The notes under the pieces were generated by a model. The model was not told where the DNA came from and made no database searches. It saw only the letters and a program-made list of their open reading frames with translations. A program made the translations under genes and the position numbers. A stretch of DNA of 64,000 nt, taken from the NCBI RefSeq assembly GCF_963921235.1, contig NC_086107.1:109370001-109434000 (forward strand). The letters run 5' to 3'. The stretch is from Mobula hypostoma (lineage: Eukaryota). Below, piece by piece: positions 1-12,504 of this stretch (position 1 is the stretch's first letter; every line of letters begins with the position of its first letter).

Positions 1-1599
1 TGCCTCATGGAGGCAACGTCTATCATCAAAGATACCCATCACCTAAGCTGTTCCATCATCTCACAGCTAACACTGGACAGGAGGTACAGAGGTGCAAAGT
101 CCCACACGCCACCAGGTTCAAGGACAGCTACTGCCCTTCATCCATTCTGTCCTTGAACCTACCTGCGCCCTGACCAGTACTTCAGCATAGCAGCACTATA
201 AACACTTTGCTTCTTTTTTGAGGGAAATGGGTTGTTTCTCATCAAAAGTTCGTATCTTCTTCTTCCTTAAGCCCACCGCGCCTACGGTGGCATAGGCCGC
301 CGAGAGCAGCTCACCAGAGCCCTCCGTCCTAGGCCGAAGGTTGATCAGCCCTCTGGCTTCTGCTTTCACCGCACAACCTCCCACGTCTTCTAGGCGAAGG
401 TCCTTCCTCTTCCAGGAATGAGGTCTTTGGAGCTCCTGTTGGTGTTTCTGCAGCACAAACACGAGGGAATCTGCAGACGCTGGAAATCCGAGCAAAATGC
501 TCAGAATGCTGGAGGAACTCGGCAGGCAGGCAGCATCTGTGGAAACAACTACAACCAGTCCTGCTGGAGGGTTTTTCAGCCAGAAATGTCGACTACTTTT
601 TTCCATAGACGCTCCCTGGCCTGCCCAGTTCCTCCAGCATCTTGTGTGTGTTGCTCGGTGTTTCTGTAGCTCTTGAGTTTTTACTTGATGGGATTGCTAG
701 CCCCATGCCCAACCCTCCTCTTTTCACAGCCGGGCTTAGGGCTGTCCATGGCAGAGTTAAACACTTTGTAGAGTTTATCTTTAATTTATGTTTTTCTTGT
801 AAATGTTGCATATCTGATGCTATTTGCCTGTGATACTTCTCTAAGTAAGTTTCTTATTACATCTGTGCGCACACGTATATGACAATAAACTCCACTTTGA
901 CTTCGGTCACAGCAAGCATTCTAAGACAGACGATTGCCTATTGTCTCCTGTTTCCATAGGTCAGTAAGTTGTTTTGTATCACTTTGTCCTGAGAGTAGAA
1001 AGATATGATTATGAGGACACGCAGTCCCCTTTTATTGTCATTTAGTAATGCATGCATTAAGAAATGATAAAAATGTTACCATGGCATCTGACATAAAACA
1101 ATAATATGGCATCTGGTTGATCAGAAATCCTGACAGTCCAGTATCTGACTCATTCATTGGTCCAGAATGAGCCTGGGGTCAAAGTGCAGTTGGGTGGAAT
1201 AGCTGCAGCCAGGGTACAGATTGTGGGTTGGGGTCCAGATACCAAGGCTCAGGTACCTGGGTTAATTTTCCAGATAGCTTGTGTCCTTCCTGCTCCCTTT
1301 ATGTTCACTATACTACTGTATTGTGTAGCATTTCATTACTTTTTTAAAATTATTTTACTTTGTTAAGATACAGCATTGTCCTTTGAGCTACACCATACAG
1401 CAATCCCCTAACTTAACCCTAGCCTAATCACAGGGCAATTATCAATGACCAATTAACCTACCAACCGGTACATCTTTGGACTGCTCTCCACAGTCCGTCT
1501 GTAGAGGATCCAATTGCAGAGGGAGGTGCAGAGGCCGGGATTTTGAAGCTGGTTGATGAGTACTGAGGATCTGACACTTGTGTTTTCCTCATTTCCCAG

Positions 1600-1697
1600 G
1601 AAGGTGTCAATGATGGACATGGCATCGGCATCTTCGGTTCAAGTAGTGTCCGTCATCGAGCCCATCATACAGAACGCGGACAGCATCTTCCCTGAAG
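1600..1697 (+). CDS. SH3BP1: SH3BP1-like RhoGAP, internal exon (end of RhoGAP domain)
   Basis: Acceptor tttcctcatttcccag|G, donor GAAG|gtacgg. Translates KVSMMDMASASSVQVVSVIEPIIQNADSIFPE, resembling the RhoGAP C-terminal helix of the SH3BP1/ARHGAP17/ARHGAP44 family (recalled, not aligned). Upstream exons lie outside the window. Confidence 0.88.
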
Positions 1698-1715
1698 GTA
1701 CGGCCCCATTTCGAT

Positions 1716-1975
1716 TTATTCATTTGAGATAACAGCGCAGAATAGGTCTTTTCGGCCCTTCAAGTCGTGCCGTCCAGGAACCTCACAAGTAATCCTAGCC
1801 CAATCACAGGACAATTTACGAAGACCAATTAACCTACCAACCGGTACGTCTTTGGACTGTGGGAGGAAACCGGAACAGAACCAGAAAACCCACATGCTAC
1901 AGGCAGCAGCGGGAATCGAACCCAGGTCACTGCTACTGTAAAGTGTTATGCTAACCACTACGCTGCCGCCCCCTC
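1716..1975 (-). mobile_element. HE1/V-SINE-like element (representative of many copies)
   Basis: Reverse strand carries the V-domain-like CCGGTTTCCTCCCACAGTCCAAAGACGT and a tRNA-like head (GGGTTCGATTCCCG). Similar copies lie near 1360, 11525, 19670, 26110, 33245 and 45800. Confidence 0.7.
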
Positions 1976-2789
1976 CCCCCAATAGTATAATTTTAATAGA
2001 CGGTCCAGGGCCTCCTCTGCTGCTGCAATGAGGCCACGCTCAGGTTGGAGGAGCAGCTCCTTATATTCCGTCTGGGTAACCTCCAACCCGAGGGCATGAG
2101 CATCGATTTCTCGGACATCTGGTAAATGCCCCGCTCCTCCCACCATTCCCATTCCCGTTTCCCCCTCTCATCTCATCTCCTTACCTACCCATCACCTCCC
2201 TCTGGTGCTCCTCCACCTTCCTTTTCTTCAGCAGTTACAGTCTTGCGCACACATGTATAGTTGGGACACTTATGTCTTTTGCACTGTACCGTATAAGATT
2301 TTTGTCTTGGGCACTAGCAGAGAAACCATGGGAGGGTTTTAAAACAAATTCAAGTGTGGTATGAACGTTGAAGGTGATGGGTAGGTTGATATTCAAAATT
2401 AATCCGTTTAGGTGGAAAAGGGAGTGCTCTTTGAATGGGGGAAAACATTGGGGTGGGAAGGTGTTGGGTTGTCGATGGGGCAGCGAGAGATTTGGCGAGG
2501 AAGTATCCAGCCTCCCGCCCTTCAGAGCTGGCAATCGTATGGCCCCAGACCATCATTGGATTTGGTTTACTATTGTCTCGTGTACTGAGGTACAGTGAAA
2601 AGTTTGGCTTGCATACTGTTCATACAGATCAGATCATTACACAGTACATTGGGGTAGAATGAGGTAAAACAATAACAATGCAGAATAAAGTGTACCAGCT
2701 ACAGAGAAAGTGCAGAACAGGTGAACAGTAAAGTGCAAGGTCATAGCAAGGTAGATGGGGAGATCAAGCAACCATTGTATTGTACAACG

Positions 2790-3560
2790 GAACCACTTAC
2801 ATACTTCACATACTTTATACTTTATTGTCGCCAAACCATTGATACTAGAGCCTACAATCATCACAGCGATATTTGATTCTGCGCTTCCCGCTCCCTGGAG
2901 TACAATCAATAGTAAATATTAAAAATTTAAATTATAAATCATAATAGAAAATAGAAAAGGGAAAGTAAGGTAGTGCAAAAAAACCGAGAGGCAGGTCCGG
3001 ATATTTGGAGGGTACGGCCCAGATCCGGGTCAGGATCCGTTCAGCAGTCTTATCACAGTTGGAAAGAAGCTGTTCCCAAATCTGGCCGTACGAGTCTTCA
3101 GGCTCCTGAGCCTTCTCCCGGAGGGAAGAGGGACGAAAAGTGTGTTGGCTGGGTGGGTCATGTCCTTGATTATCCTGGCAGCACTGCTCCGACAGCGTTG
3201 CAGTGTAAAGTGAGTCCACGGACGGAAGATTGGTTTGTGTGATGTGCTGCGCCGTGTTCACGATCTTCTGCAGCTTCTTCCGGTCTTGGACAGGACAACT
3301 TCCATACCAGGTTGTGATGCACCCTAGAAGAATGCTTTCTACGGTGCATCTGTAAAAATTAGTGAGGGTTTTAGGGGACAGACCAAATTTCTTTGGCTTT
3401 CTCAGGAAGTAAAGGCGCTGGTGGGCCTTCTTGGCAGTGAACTCTGCTTGGTTGGACCAAGTCAGGTCATTTGTAATAATTGACCCCGAGGAACTTAAAG
3501 CTTTTGACCTGTTCCACTTGCGCACCATCGATGTAAATGGGGTGGTGCGGTCCGCTACTC
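2790..3560 (-). mobile_element. Rex1/Babar-type non-LTR retrotransposon, 3' fragment
   Basis: ORF 2932-3528 contains KKAHQRLYFLRK..FGLSPKTLTNFYRCTVESILLGCITTWYG, the post-RT region of this clade, with frameshifts. Related fragments lie near 1-170, 5800-6050, 13200-13690, 37270-37670 and 59910-60430. Confidence 0.75.
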
Positions 3561-4009
3561 CTTCTGATAACAGTCAGGTAGGAGCTGTCGTTGAGCCTGG
3601 TGGTACTTACTTTCAGACTTTTGTACCTTCTGCCCAAAGGGAGATGAGAGAATATTTGGGGAAGGTGGAGTTTTTGATTGTGCTGCCTGCTTTACTGAGG
3701 GAGCGGGAGGTGAAGACAGAGCCCACGGAGAGGAGGCTGTCACTCCACCAACAGGCTCTTCGAATATCATGTTGGGAGGGGCAAGCGGAGTTTCATGTTG
3801 CTGTCGTAATCTGAGAAGAGGCAAGTTAAAGACATCAACCAACCAAATCAGAGCTTGGTGTCACCCTCTTCCCTCAAGTTCACCCAGGGACCAGTTGGAG
3901 AAATGTCTACAATTAGGGCACAGAACAGTGGGTGGAAACTGGCCCCTGTTGTCAGAGAGAATCGGTATCGGCCATCCATACACAGATCTATCACCTTGTT
4001 AGCCTAACG

Positions 4010-4960
4010 TGACACTGGCCTGTGCTGTCCCCGTCCTGGGGGTGTATATTGGGACAGTCTAGTCTAGAGGGAGATTTGCTCTGTATCTAACTTGTGTTGT
4101 CCTTGCCTAGCAATATTTAATAGAATAACGTAGAGGTCTGTAGAGCTGATCTGACTGTGTTCCTGTGGCCTGCATCCATCAGGCTCCCGGACCGGCTACA
4201 ACACCACTCTAACTCCGTGGCTGGGGGCCCCACAGTTCATGTTCTGTGTAACTTGTTTACTTTTTTTTTAATTGCTTACACAATTTGTTCTTTTTTTTTC
4301 TTTGCACATTGGGTGTTTGACGTGGAGTTTGTAGTGTGGGTTTTTTAGCGGGTTCTATTGTGTTGCTTTCTCGTGCGAACGCCTGCAAGAAGATGAATCT
4401 CACGGTTGTATGAAGAATAGAAGGACGTCCCTTTAGAACAGAGGTGAGAAGGAATCTCTTTGGCCAGAGAGTGGTGAATCTGCAGAATTCATTGCCACAG
4501 ACGGCTGTGGAGGCCATGTCTTTGGGTATACTTAAAGCAGAGGATAATAGGCTCTCGATTAGTAAGAGTGTCAAAGGTTACAGGGAGAAGGCAGGAGAAT
4601 GGGGTTGAGAGAGATAGTAAATCAGCCATGAGCGAATGCCAGTGCCAACTCAATGGGCTGAATGGCCTAACTCTGCTCCTGTCTTATGGTATACATACCT
4701 TGTACTTTGAACCTTGTGAACTTTGAGGGGGCTTTACTCTATAGCTAACCCATGTTGTCCGATCCCTGGGCGTGTTTATGGGATAGTGTAGAGGCAGATT
4801 TACTCTATATCAAATCTGCAAGGTCCCTGCTTTGGGATTGTTGACAGGACAATGTCAAGAGTTCTTTACGCTGTCGGTAGCCAGCATGCCCCAGTTTCGG
4901 GTATGTTTGACGGGACAGGTTAGAGAAAGCTCTATTCTGTATCTAACTCATGCTGTGACT
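4010..4960. repeat. Degenerate ~65-bp minisatellite arrays (about 4010-4140 and 4725-4960), split by TE fragments
   Basis: Recurrent unit resembling gtgtttgatgggacagtgtagagggagctttactctgtatctaacc-tgtgttgtcc. Confidence 0.55.
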
Positions 4961-6959
4961 TTAAAAGACACGGACGACCCTTTGCACAGACAGCACAATG
5001 GGAAGGTGAGAGATCCGGAGAATCTTGGCCGACAGTCAACACTCAAGCTTCGTTTGTTCTGACCAGTCAGATTGGTTTGAGAGGCGATTCTGTCCCACAG
5101 TGCCATCATCTGTCAACTCACCACAACAGCAGTGTTAATGGGAGATGCTCAGTCTCAAAGTTCAAGTAAAATTATTATCAAAGAATATGTTGCCATATAC
5201 AACCCTTGGATTAATTTTCTTGCAGGCATTCACAGTAAATACAAAGAAATTCAATAGAATCAATAAAAGTCATGAATGAAAGGGTTCTCATATGAGGAAC
5301 GTTTGATGGCTTTGGGCCTGTTCTCGCTGTAATTTAGAAGGATGGGGGGGGATCTCATTGAAACCTTTCGAATGTTGAAAGGCCTGGACAGAGTGCATGT
5401 GGAAAGAATGTTTCCCATGGTGGGGGATAGAGGGGTGTCCATTTAAAACAGAGATGCAGAGAAATTTCTTTCGTCCAAGGATGATGAATTTGTGGAATGT
5501 GTTACTACAGGCAGCTGTGGAGGCTAGGTCGTTGGATGTATTTATGGTAGAGACTGATAGGTTCTTGGTTGGACATGGCATCAAAGGTTATGGGGAGAAC
5601 GCTGGGGAATGGGGTCGAGGAGGGGAACGAAGGGTCAGCCATGATGAAATGATGGAGCAGACTCGATGGGCCAAATGGCCTAATTCTGCACCTACATCTT
5701 ACGGTCTAAGTCTACACATAACAAGGTGGACGTACACCCAATGTGCAAAAAAACAACAACTAACTGCAAATACAAAAAGAAAATAATATTAATAAATAAA
5801 CAAACAATAAATATCAAGAACATGAGACGAAAAGTCCTTGAAAGAGAGTCCATAGGTTGTGGGAACAGTTCAGTGTTGCAGTGAGTGAAGTTATCCCCTC
5901 TGGTTCAGGAGCCTCATGTTTGAGGGGTAATAATTGTTCCTGAACCTGGTGGTGTGGGACCTGAGGCTCCTGTATCTCCTTCCCGATGGCAGCAGCAAGA
6001 AGAGAGCGTGGTGGAGGATGGGGGTCCCTGATGATGGATGATGATGTGACAGCACTCCATGTAGATGTGCTCAGAGGCGAAGTCCACGTGGAGTCCTCTG
6101 CTGGTACAGAGCCCACTCGGATACAAAACCGACAACCGTGTTACGAGCAGCTTGTACTCTCTGTCAGGTAGTGGAGTATCAAATATCCCCATTTATTTTC
6201 ATTGTTGACACTTCCTTCTTTCCGTTTATTCTTTTCCAATGAGAAAATGAGATGAAGGTGAAAGATTAGCTTTATTTGTCACACGTACATCTAAACATCG
6301 AAACCTACACTGAAACATGCTGTTTTGTGCCAACATGGTCCGAGGATGTGTCTGGTGCCAGCCCGCAAGTGTTACCATACCTCTGGCACCAACATAGCAT
6401 ACCCAGAATTTACCAACACTAACCAGGACGCCTTTTTTGGACTGTGGGAGAAAGCTGGCGCACCTGGAACGAACCCACGTGGTCACGGAGAGAACGTACA
6501 GTCTCCCCACAGACTGTGGCCGGAATTGAACCCCAGTCTTCCAAACACTGGCGCTGTAAAAACTGCTGCGCCAACCGCTATGCCCACTATCTGCAGGGCA
6601 ATGTACTTAATGTGACAGTATTTTGATGGAGTCACTGGGAGGTCTGTCATTTTTTTTTCCAGGGAGTCTTTAGAAAGTATGTCATGTTGAAAACCCCCAC
6701 CTATCAGTCCCAGGGCGGGGGCAGTGTGGACACTATGCCAGTTTCACCGGGAAGTTTCCTGGATTAAATAGTATTAACTATTAGATGGACAAACTTGGAT
6801 GCTTTCTCTGAGTGTCAGAGGCTTAGGGGAGACCTGACAAAAAGAGGTAAAATTATGAGAGGTGTTTATAGGGGAGATAGAATCCATTTCTCCCCACCTA
6901 ATTATTAAATAGGAAAGGTTTAAGGTGAGGGGCTGAAAGTACAAGGGTTCAAGTTCAAG

Positions 6960-7680
6960 TACAATGGATTCCTGTTGACTGTGGTTCGATCTGTTGGTTG
7001 GGGTCAACTATGGATGTTGCATCCCAGCTCTCTACATGATAGCAACATACATCAAAGTTGCTGGTGAACGCAGCAGGCCAAGCAGCATCTATAGGAAGAG
7101 GCGCAGTCGACGTTTCAGGCCGAGACCCTTCGTCAGGTCTCTACATGATATGCAAGCCAAGGCAGTACGATGGAGGACAAGCTGTTCCCCATGGCGCAGG
7201 CTCCCCCTCTCCACACAGCTGATGAATCCAAAGGAACGGCAGAGACCGATACAGTTCGGCACCAGTGGCATCGCAGGAGTTGCCAGTCAGCATTGAACTC
7301 GGTGTACGACTGCCTTAGGGACTCCAGTAGTTCTGGATTTTTCCTCCTGGCTTTATTCCTCAACCCTTCCCCGTGAGTGGGTATTGCCGCAAGGCAGCAG
7401 AGAATTGAGATCAGAGTTTTCCCTCTCCGAGATGAGCTGCCAACCACGGCTGATGAGCCACATCTGTCTGAAGCGACTGGTTATAAGGCACCAGTAACCT
7501 GTCTTTGCCCCTTCTCCTGTCAGTAGAAATGGTTCCGCTAAGCCACACGTGATGGTGAGGAGCTGGACTTGGTTATCAGAAGCTATTTGAGCTGCACGCC
7601 ATTGGGAGCATTTAATAGGTAGTGAGAGCTTGTCCCCACCACTCACCCCCACCCCCTGGGCTATTGACGGCCTGAAGGAA
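6960..7680 (-). mobile_element. RTE/BovB-related non-autonomous element (other copies 12520-12870, 26660-27038, 28058-28150)
   Basis: Multi-copy ~600-bp unit with no intact ORF. Clade assignment is from recall of RTE 5' and 3' ends. Confidence 0.55.
7042..7137 (-). mobile_element. 96-bp Penelope-like terminal fragment with hammerhead core and 13-bp TSD
   Basis: TSD tctctacatgata at 7029-7041 and 7138-7150. The minus strand starts CCTGACGAAGGGTCTCGGCCTGAAACGTCGAC. Confidence 0.85.
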
Positions 7681-8292
7681 CCATTCCAGTTAATTGGGCC
7701 ATCGGTTAATCAGAGCAGCCATTTATTTGGGACAAGCCTTAAAGGAGGAAAAACTAATCAAGAAAATAGCCAAGATTTCCTTGAAATATTGTTTATTTAG
7801 ATAATATGCCACTTTACTGGGGCAGGAGACGGTTGCCGAACAGTTTCTAACTAGCACCAGTCACGTGCACTTCTGTGGCCGTCAGACCCTACACTGTGCT
7901 TAGAGTGAACAGATTTTAAATAGCATCAGCTGCGTGTGCTTGTGTTCAAAAGGCAGTGCTTTTTGTCACTAATAGTTGGTGGGAAATAAGCAGTAAGGCA
8001 ATTCAGAACCGTTTTGTTCACTGTGGTTTCGAGCATTCAGCCTTGGAGATGCCAGAAAACGGCTGGAAGTGAAAAAGGAATGATTTTGTCACTTCAACAA
8101 GTTAGGAACTATGAAGAATTCCCCCTCCCCTCTATCCTTCCCTCTTAACCCCTCTCCCCATCCTTTCCTCCTTCCTCTCTTTCCCAGTAATAGTCCCACC
8201 CATGCCAACGAGCCCACGCTATCCAACGATGCCCATGTGACCATTTAACCTACTGACCAATCGGTGTTCACAGAGTGCTTTTGTCTTTGCAG

Positions 8293-8434
8293 ATTTGGAT
8301 TTCAGTGTGTCAGGAATGTTCGGCCCAAGTTCCCTGTACTCGAGTTACACAGCTCCGAAGAAAGAGAGTGTCTCGATGGAGCCGACACAGACTGCAGCCC
8401 CACCAGTCAAGGAGGTCGCGGTGCAGAAGGAAGA
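8293..8434 (+). CDS. SH3BP1: SH3BP1-like internal exon
   Basis: Acceptor ttttgtctttgcag|AT, donor GA|gtaggt. Phase 1 joins the previous exon to give FPE-DLDFSVSGMFGPSSLYSS...VAVQKE; SH3BP1 has FPGDINFNVSGLF here. Confidence 0.85.
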
Positions 8435-8548
8435 GTAGGTTCAGTATTTATCAATCAATTTAACTTGTGTGTTCCTAAACACAAGAGATTCTGCAGACGC
8501 TAGAAATCCAGAGCAACACATACAAAATGATGTTGTGTGTTCCTGTAT

Positions 8549-9064
8549 GCTCAGTGGCCACTTTATTAGGTACGCCTGCTCTAATCAGCCAATCACATGG
8601 CAGCAACTCGAGGCATAAAAGCATGCAGACATGGTCAAGAGGTTCAGTTGCTGTTCAGACCAAACATCAGAATGGGGAAGAAATGTGATCTAAGTGGCTT
8701 TGACTATGGAATAATTGTTGGTGCTAGACAGAGATCAGAAACTGCTGATCTCCTAGGATTTTCACGCACAATAGTCTCTAGAATTTACAGAGAATAGTGC
8801 GGGGAAAAAAATCCAGTGCACAAAAACACCTTATTAATGAGAGGGGTCAGAGGAGAATGGCCAGACTGGTTCAGGCTGACAGGAAGGCGACAGTAACTCA
8901 AATAACCAGATGTTACAACAGTGGTGTGCAGAAGGTCATCTCTGAAAAAACAACACGCCGAACCTTAAAGTGAACGGGCTACAGCAGCAGAAAACCACAA
9001 ACATACACGCAGTGACCACTTTATTAATTACGAGAGGTACCTAATAAAGTGGCCACCCAGAGTA
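8549..9064 (+). mobile_element. Tc1-like non-autonomous element (other copies 9605-10092, 39083-39642, 48108-48632)
   Basis: Terminal inverted repeats (TIRs) cagtggccactttattaggtac...gtacctaataaagtggccac with TA flanks; four ~500-bp copies in both orientations. Confidence 0.75.
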
Positions 9065-10417
9065 TTAGTTGCTCCCCTTTCTTCAGTGGCCTGGGTCCCA
9101 AACTTGCAAATTCAACCAATCAAACCAGTCCACTTCTTCAAAAGACGATACCTCAAGAAGGCAGCAGCAATCACGAAGGCCCTCACTATCTGAGACATAC
9201 CCTCTTCTCATTACTACAGGAGGTACAGGAGCCTGAAGATCCACACTCCATGTTTAAGGAACAGCTTCTTCCCCTCTGTGATCAGGTTTCTGAACAGGCC
9301 TTGAACCGTGATATACTTCATTAATTTGCTCTCTTTTTGCATTATTTATTTAAAGATCAGCTTTGTCAATCACATTTACAGTACATCGAAATTTACAGTG
9401 AAATGCATCATTTGTATCAAATCAAATCAGTGAGGATTGTTCTGGGCAGCCCACAAGGTTCACCATTCCTCCGGGGTCAACAGAGCATGCTCACAACTCA
9501 CTAACCCTAACCCTAATCCACCATGGACTGTCCCAAGGCCAGATGCGAAAGGAGGAGGGTTGGGCATTGCCACTATCAACTCCATCCCATAAAAACCCAG
9601 AGCTACAGCAATATGTTCATGGTCTTCTGCTGCTGTAGCCTCTCCACTTAAAGGTTCGACATGTTGTGCATTCAGAGATGCTGTTCTGTACACCACTGTT
9701 GTAACATGTGGATATTTGAGTTACTGTCACCTTCCTGTCAGCTTGAAAAAGTCTGGCCATTCTCCTTTAACGTCTCTATTCCACAGAACAGCCTCTTATT
9801 ATATTTTTTTTGTTTCTTTCACCATCCTCTGTAAAGTCTAGAGAATGTTGTGCGTGAAAATCCCAGGAGATCAGTTTCTGAGATACTCAAACCACCCCAT
9901 CTGGCACCAGCAATCCTTCCATGTTCAAAATGACTTAGATCACATTTCTTCCCCATTCTGATGTTTGGTCTGAACAACAACTGAACCTCTTGACCATGTC
10001 TGCGTGCTTTTATGCATTGAATTGCTGCCACATGATTGGCTGGTTAGATATTTGCATTAATGAGCAGGTGTACCTAATAAAGTGGCCACTGCCGTACTGT
10101 ACAGCATCGGAACAGCCCCTTTGGCCCACAATGTTTGTGCTGAATGTGGAGCCAAATTAAACTTTTATCTTCTACTTGTACACGATCCATATTCCTCTAT
10201 TCCCTGAATATCCCCGTGTCTATCCAACTGCCTCTTAAAACATCTCCTTCAAACCTCTGTTGGCTGTCTGTATTCAGTCCGTGCCTTTTTGTGTCAAATT
10301 CTGCCTGATAATGTTCCTGGGCTGCACTAGAAGTGTTTTACTTTGTTTCAAGGAACCATACATGTATGTGTTCAGGGATACAGTAGAAGCCGCCAGCAAA
10401 ACAGCGATTAAATTTTT

Positions 10418-11510
10418 CCACCATCAACTGCATCTCTTCCATTTCGCGCATGTCTGCCCTCACCCCATCCTACCACCACCCCGCCAGGGATAGGGTTCCT
10501 CTTGTCCTCACCTACCACTCCACCAGCCTCTGCGTCCGGCACATAATTCTCTATAACTTCCGCCATCTCCAATGGGATCCCACCACCAAGCACATCTTTT
10601 CCTCTCCCCCAACTTTCTGTTTTCCGCAGGGATCGCTTCCTACATGACTCCCTTGTCCATTCATCCCTCCCCACTGATCTCCCTCCTGACACTTATTCTT
10701 GCAAGCAGAACAATTGCTGCACCTGCCCCCACACCTCCCTCCCTACTATTCAGGGCCCCAGGCAGTCCTTCCAGGCGAGGTGACGCTTCGCCTGTGATTC
10801 TGTGAGTCTATTGTATCCGGTGCCCCCGGTGTGGCCTCTTGTATATCGGTCAGACCCGATGATGATTGGGTGACCGCCTCACCAAGCACTTGCGCTCCAC
10901 CTGCTAGAAAAAGAGGGATCTCCCAGTGTCCTCCCGTTTTAATTCCACTTCCCATTCCCATTCCGACGTGTCAGTCCACGGCCTTCTCTGCTGTTGCGGT
11001 GAAACCACAGTCAGGTTGGAGTAGCAAAACCTTGTATTCCATCTGGGTAGCCTCCAACCTCATGGTTTGAACATTGGTTTCTCAAACTTCCGGTAATCCC
11101 CCCCCCCCGGCTTCTCTATACCCCATTCCCATTTTCCTCTCTCACCTTATCCCCTTATCCCCTTGCATCACCTCCCTCTGGTTCTCCTCCCCTTCTTTCC
11201 TTTCTTCTATGGCCTTCTGTCCTCTCCTGTTAGATCCCCCCTTCTCCAGCTCTACATCTCTTTCACCAAGCATCTTCCCAGCTCTTTACTTCACCCCCCT
11301 CCCCCTCCCCCCGGTTTCACCTCTCACCTTGTGTTTCTCCCTCCCCTTTCCCCACCCCCTCATTCTGACTCCTCATCCTGATGAAGGGTCTCGGCCCAAA
11401 ACGCCAATTGTGCTCTTCTCCATAGATGCTGCCTGGCCTGCTGAGTTCCTCCGGCATTTTGTGTGTGTTACTTGGATGTCCAGCCTCTGCAGGTTTGCTC
11501 TCGTTTGTGA
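10418..11510 (+). mobile_element. Penelope-like retroelement, 3' part (GIY-YIG endonuclease and pseudo-LTR)
   Basis: VYCIRCPRCGLLYIGQTR from 10806 (GIY-YIG motif), a decayed downstream HLGSLQP.G motif, a pyrimidine-rich tract, then a decayed hammerhead at 11378-11405. Confidence 0.85.
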
Positions 11511-11835
11511 TTGGACTAAATTTTTTTAATTACTTATTTGTTGAGATATAGTGTGGAATAGGCCCCTCTGGCCCTTCGAGCCACGTCACCCAGCAATCCC
11601 CCGATTTAATCCTGACCTAATCACTGGACAATTTACAATGACCAATTAAACTACCAACTGGTACATCTTGGACTGTGGGAGGATACCCACGTGGTCACAG
11701 GGAGAACGTACAGACTCCTTACAGGCAGTGGCGGGAATTGAATCTGGGTTGTCTGTACTGTAAAGCGTTGTGCTAACCACTACACTACCATGCTGAGACT
11801 GATCTGGCTAAGTGTACATCTGCTTCTCCGGACAG

Positions 11836-11990
11836 GTGCTTGAGCGAGGAACAGCCCCCGGTCCCCCCACCGTCACCACCCTCGCCCGTGGCCGAGGGGC
11901 CCAGCAAAGTGGAAGCCCGACCGAACCAGACCCCATCCGTCCAGGCCGAGGTTACCACCGGCCAGAATCCTAACAACTCGGCGAAGAAAG
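11836..11990 (+). CDS. SH3BP1: SH3BP1-like Pro-rich internal exon
   Basis: Acceptor ttctccggacag|G, donor AAAG|gttagt. Phase 2 in and phase 1 out match both neighbours. Translates CLSEEQPPVPPPSPPSPVAEG...NSAKK. Confidence 0.8.
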
Positions 11991-12453
11991 GTTAGTGGTG
12001 AAGAAGCATCCCTTAGTTTGGTCGCTTTGAGATTGGATGATGCTTGGGTCAGGTTGAGGATTCCAGTTCGGGTTGGAGGGGGGAAGTCATGTCTCCTTTT
12101 GGTTGAAGAGGCTGTGGTCTGCTTTGGAGAGAGTTTTTTTGTCACATCACTTTGAGTCCTGGGAAGGAGGGGTAGGGAACTGAACATGAAAATGAGGTGC
12201 TGTTGATGAACCAAAGAACGGAAGACTGTTGAAGCTGCTTCTACAGCTGCTGACTGACCTGCTGGGTATTTCCTGCGTTTGCTGTTTCTGTTCCAGTAAT
12301 TTTAGTAAATGCTTCAATTGAAAGTGAGAATTTTACATCAAAGAGAAGGAGACTTGCAGAGTTGTGAGGAAAGAGCAAAGATTGTGGTTAGAGGAAGGTG
12401 CAGGCGGGGATCATCAGTGAAATCGAGTGGGTTCATCATTGAAATCAAAATGG

Positions 12454-12458
<5 letters not shown>

Positions 12459-12497
<39 letters not shown>
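12459..12497. repeat. (TG)n microsatellite
   Basis: Directly visible. A compound (CA)n/(CTCCCACT)n repeat also lies at about 14530-14625. Confidence 0.95.

Positions 12498-12504
<7 letters not shown>

Noticed and set aside
4990..5005. Possible 16-nt exon (cag|acagcacaatgggaag|gtgaga)
   Set aside because: Would frameshift between two exons that already join in phase with good homology.
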